Positions 35,493-39,786 of a stretch of DNA of 39,786 nt are shown here, piece by piece; position 1 is the first letter of the stretch; each line of letters starts with the position of its first letter. Under the pieces are notes generated by a model. The model did not search any database. It was not told the DNA's origin and was given only the letters and a program-made list of their open reading frames with translations. The translations under genes and the position numbers were made by a program. Location: the NCBI RefSeq assembly GCF_001194135.2, contig NC_068982.1, positions 119,346,454 through 119,386,239 of the forward strand. The letters run 5' to 3'. The stretch comes from Octopus bimaculoides. Its lineage: Eukaryota.

Positions 35493-37384
35493 ACACAAAT
35501 ATTAAGAATACATTTTTTAGAAAAAATCACTGTCATTCACAATATTTCAAGTTTTTCGTATATTAAATAATATTAATTCTATAAACAGATCTTTAAAGCT
35601 GAATGGCGCAAATATTTAGAAAGAAGCCTTCCAGATGTTTAAGTGATTTCACTGTTTACAACTTTTTAAATACATGGGTTATTGGTTAATCTTTGCAAAG
35701 GGCATTCTTTTTAGTGACAATGTCAGCAGTTCCGCTTTAATTTCGGATTTTGAATTCTTATAAAGTATTTTGCTTTTGCCTTTCGAAGTTGATAATTTTC
35801 CTACATTATTTTCAAAAAAGGAAATATTTTGAATTTTCCATTTGCACAAATGTTTTGATGTTCAGTACATGTAATATTTCTAAATGATAGAACTTTGCTT
35901 TGTTGTTTATAAACTCTAATCCGATACATTCGTTTTAATCACTATATTGTTCTTTCCATTGCGGGCATGTGAGGCAATAAAATGGGTTTTGTTTGGCAAT
36001 TCAGGTTGGCCTTTTCCTTCAATTTCTTGCCATTCTAGAATTCTTTGGGTTTTAACATTTTCAGTTAATTTGTACATCCCACAAGGAATGTTTCAGCATT
36101 TTGTTACTCGCTTTACTTACTTACAATGTTAACTTCATTCACTTTGTTAAAGTCTTTTAAGATATAGTAGTTGTCTTTGGCTGCTGATAAATTATAATTA
36201 ATTAATTATATTTCTGAGATATGATGGTTGGTGCAGCATTGGGATGTGATGCTTGTCCGAATTTAATCTGTGAGTGTTAGTAACGTGTTTATTAAAGAAT
36301 TTAACAAGCAATAAAATGTTCATCAGGAAGTTATGTCTAGCTGCTCACCGTTTATTAAACGGACGTAGTTAACTTTCAGTTCTCCGTAGGAATATTTGTA
36401 TGGCGAAATCTGTTAAAAATTTAGACAAAAAATTCCAGATGAGGAATTGAAACCTTTGAAAGTGATTTCTTTAGATACACTTAGCAACTAGCTAGTATCA
36501 GAAATAAAGAACATAAGATTTTTGTTGTTCTCTGAGGTGTAGCCAAACTCGACATGTTGAAAAGAAACAAATGAGCATGCTATGGGGCGGTGTATTTAAT
36601 GTAAGTTACGGCTGAATTACAGGGGCGTGCGGTTTCACAGAAAATCTGACGCAGAAGTACATCATTCGTAGCAGTTGTGTAGGGACGTTTAGATTTAAGC
36701 TTTCTATGATATCATTGTTGATATAAGTGCTTTGAAGCTGTCTTTACAAATAAACGGTAGCTTCTGTTACATAGGTGAAGGTGGCTAATTAATATTTGAT
36801 TATACAGTTCCAGAAACATAGCAACCAGAATAAAACGGAAAATGTTCAGGGAATTCTTACTTCGGATGGGATGAAGGGAATTATCGAACCGAGGGTAGAT
36901 CAGATTCTATTCTCGTACGATGTTGCGTGATTGCAATACATGCTCATTCAACACTGAAGTGTGTGACGGATGAAAAGAAGTGAGACCATTATCACCCGTT
37001 AGACGTATAAGCTAAGTGCGGATGAATGCAAGCTGAGTAAGTAAAGAACTAGGTCCGAGAAAAGTCAAAAGGCATGGGAAAAGTATGGAAAACAATAGTT
37101 CGGGAGAGAAGTATGGAGCAATTCAAATGGTAGGAATCTGCGGGAAAAGAACGTTATGATGGATATTGAATTAACTTGTGAAAGATGGTGTCAAGACACG
37201 GAAACTCACGAACTAAGGGCAAGGGCGCACAAGAAGTGGTAAAACACCGGGCTGAAGAAGACCAGTTCAGCACATTAAAGAATGGAAACACTAATATTAA
37301 AATATGATAATTAGGGTGAGTTTGATTCCTGTTCTTTTTTCACAGTATATATCTATTTTACCGTATCTTAATCCTTTACATAAT

Positions 37385-37685
37385 ATATATCTCTCTCTTT
37401 CTCTATCTCTCACCCTTTCTTTCTTTCTCTATCTCTCTCTATTTCTGTTTCTCTCTCTCTTATACACTCAATCACTCTCACTGACCCAATCTCTCTCTCA
37501 ATTTCACTCCCCCTCTTCATCTCTCACTCTCTTTCTTGATCGTTCGCTCTATCTGTATTTGCCTCTGTATGTGTCTCTCTCTCTCTCAATCCTTCACTCT
37601 TTCGCTCCCTCTCTCTCTTTCTCTCTCTTTCTCTCTCTCACTGTGCCTATGTGTGGGTATTTCTCTCCGCCCTTCATTCTCCCTT

Positions 37686-37718
<33 letters not shown>

Positions 37719-37775
37719 TTTCTCTTTCTCTCCCTCTCTCTCTATCTATCTCTCACACTCTCTCTCTGGCTATAT
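37385..37775. repeat. Degenerate (CT)n polypyrimidine tract
   Basis: Directly visible; source of the L/S-rich ORFs. Confidence 0.95.
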
Positions 37776-39349
37776 TTCTTGATTTTATCACTCGTTCACA
37801 TACCTCTCGCTGCATTTTCCTTTACCTCTCAAATAATTTCCTCTTCTTTTCGTTTCCGAACACGAACATAGAATTTACACAAACACGTAAACAACCTATG
37901 TACACATATTTGATTTTCCAATATACTAGAGGTATGTGCTAGTGCCAACACTTTTTTCATCCAATCGAATAGCAAAATATATACATTGATATAAAACTAA
38001 CATTAAGATGACACTTCAACTATGAAACAACGTACCAAACAAACATAATAACATTGCTTCTTTCTTTTCGTTTGTTGGTTTGTTACTTAAGTCATATATC
38101 GTACGCGCTTTACATTTAATCACATGACACAGTGTGTCTGTCTAGCTCTTGATAGTGGATATCTTTTTTCATCTATCCCATTTGGTCTTGTCTATCGGTC
38201 ACAGGTTTTATTTTCTCTCGCTGATTCTCTCTCTTTCTCTTTCTCTCTCTTTCATTCATTTTTTTTTTTGCATCTACTTCTCTGCCTCTCTCCACCAGCG
38301 TACTTCCCTTGTTATCTTGTTGTACGTTGCATTACTTCATATATCGCCTTCTTTTTCAATAGAGTACAAATCATTAAATTCTACAAAAAAAAAGAAAAAG
38401 AAAAACATTATTTTGTTTACGGCTCTAAAGATGACTCACTCTAAATGTGTCATAGGAAAATAAATCTTGAGATCTGTCTCTATGAAAATGTATGGTTGTC
38501 ACTGAGTTAGAGAGAAAAAAATAAAGACGAAGACTGCTGTTACCGTCATCTTTTAGTTTAAGAGGCAAGGGCGATATGATGATAGTTGGTTCTTTATTTT
38601 GTTTTTTCCATAGGGATTGTTCTTATGATTAAGGAACTCCGTCGTGCTTTTTCCATAGAGTGGGAAAGATATCCGAAAAGAGAGAATGCTCAAATCGTTT
38701 GATGAAATGCGGAATTAAATATGGAGGGTTTCTGTTTCAGACCAATGGAAGGGAAATTGCTTCGATCGATCGGTCATTTGGGTAGTTTGTTGAGAGCTTC
38801 CATTAAATTTCTTAATAGTAATATCTATATACATACGTGCCTATGGGTGTAGGCGTGCATGAATGTGTACAGATGTGTATACGCGAAGGATTCTAGCTGT
38901 GCCTCTCACAAGGTATATATACGGAATGCAAAAAAGAAAATAAATTAAAGGACGACGTAAATATAAGTTTTGAAGAAAAATAAAACACAACAACAACTAC
39001 AACAACAACAGTAACAATATTAATAACGTTAACAGAGGAAACAATAATAAAAAAAATATCAACAACAACACTACTAGGAACAGCAAAAACAACAACAATT
39101 AGAACCTAAACCTATTGGGCGATTGAGATGAATCACTAACAAAAATTCTATAGAAATCCTTTCATACAGAAATGAATAGAAAAAGCATTGATAGTCTCTT
39201 GCTATTTTGACATATTGTATATTGTTGACATTTTGATATTGATACATTTGCTCTGAGGTTTTTTCTTTCTGTTATTTGCTAAGGCAAAATGTAATTTGAA
39301 CAACGTATTCAAGATGGTTTCTATTTGATATCATTATCAACGTCATCGT

Positions 39350-39512
<163 letters not shown>

Positions 39513-39786
39513 CCATCGTTCGCTAATATTGCCAGATTTCTTATTTTATTTTCTAATGACATTCATTTTGCAGATGTGTTATGTTATTTTACATTGTACC
39601 CTGAAAAAAAAATGTTTCGATATTATTGCGGTAGTTTGTGATATTGTTTGAAGACTGGCAATATATTACAAATACACAAACACACACGCGCCCATGCGTG
39701 CACATAGACATATATACCTGAGTGTGTGTATATGTATATGTATATGTAAATGTATGTATGTATTAATATATATATATATATATATA

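Noticed and set aside
37304-37942. 212-aa Leu/Ser-rich ORF
   Set aside because: Translation of a degenerate (CT)n tract.

Overview
AT-rich eukaryotic genomic DNA with five N gaps (706-1229, 2630-2804, 9928-10317, 16218-16391, 28300-28517) and very dense microsatellites. The SINE and retroelement sequences resemble those I associate with coleoid cephalopods (probably Octopus); that assignment is inference. Almost all ORFs in the supplied track are microsatellite or antisense artefacts. Recognisable content: three decayed Penelope-like elements (PLEs; one near full length), Tx1/L1-like and RTE LINE relics, several tRNA-derived SINE families, a MITE-like fold-back and a PLE-type minimal hammerhead ribozyme motif. 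The most interesting signal is missing from the ORF track: very short + strand exon candidates with consensus splice sites (7039-7105, 7557-7591, 12429-12483, plus 27323-27403 and possibly more downstream). The first three splice in frame into a peptide resembling the end of an ionotropic glutamate receptor / ANF-receptor amino-terminal domain, so the window may be mostly intronic to a receptor gene. This is a by-eye hypothesis needing RNA-seq. No prokaryotic-type system (CRISPR etc.) is supported.
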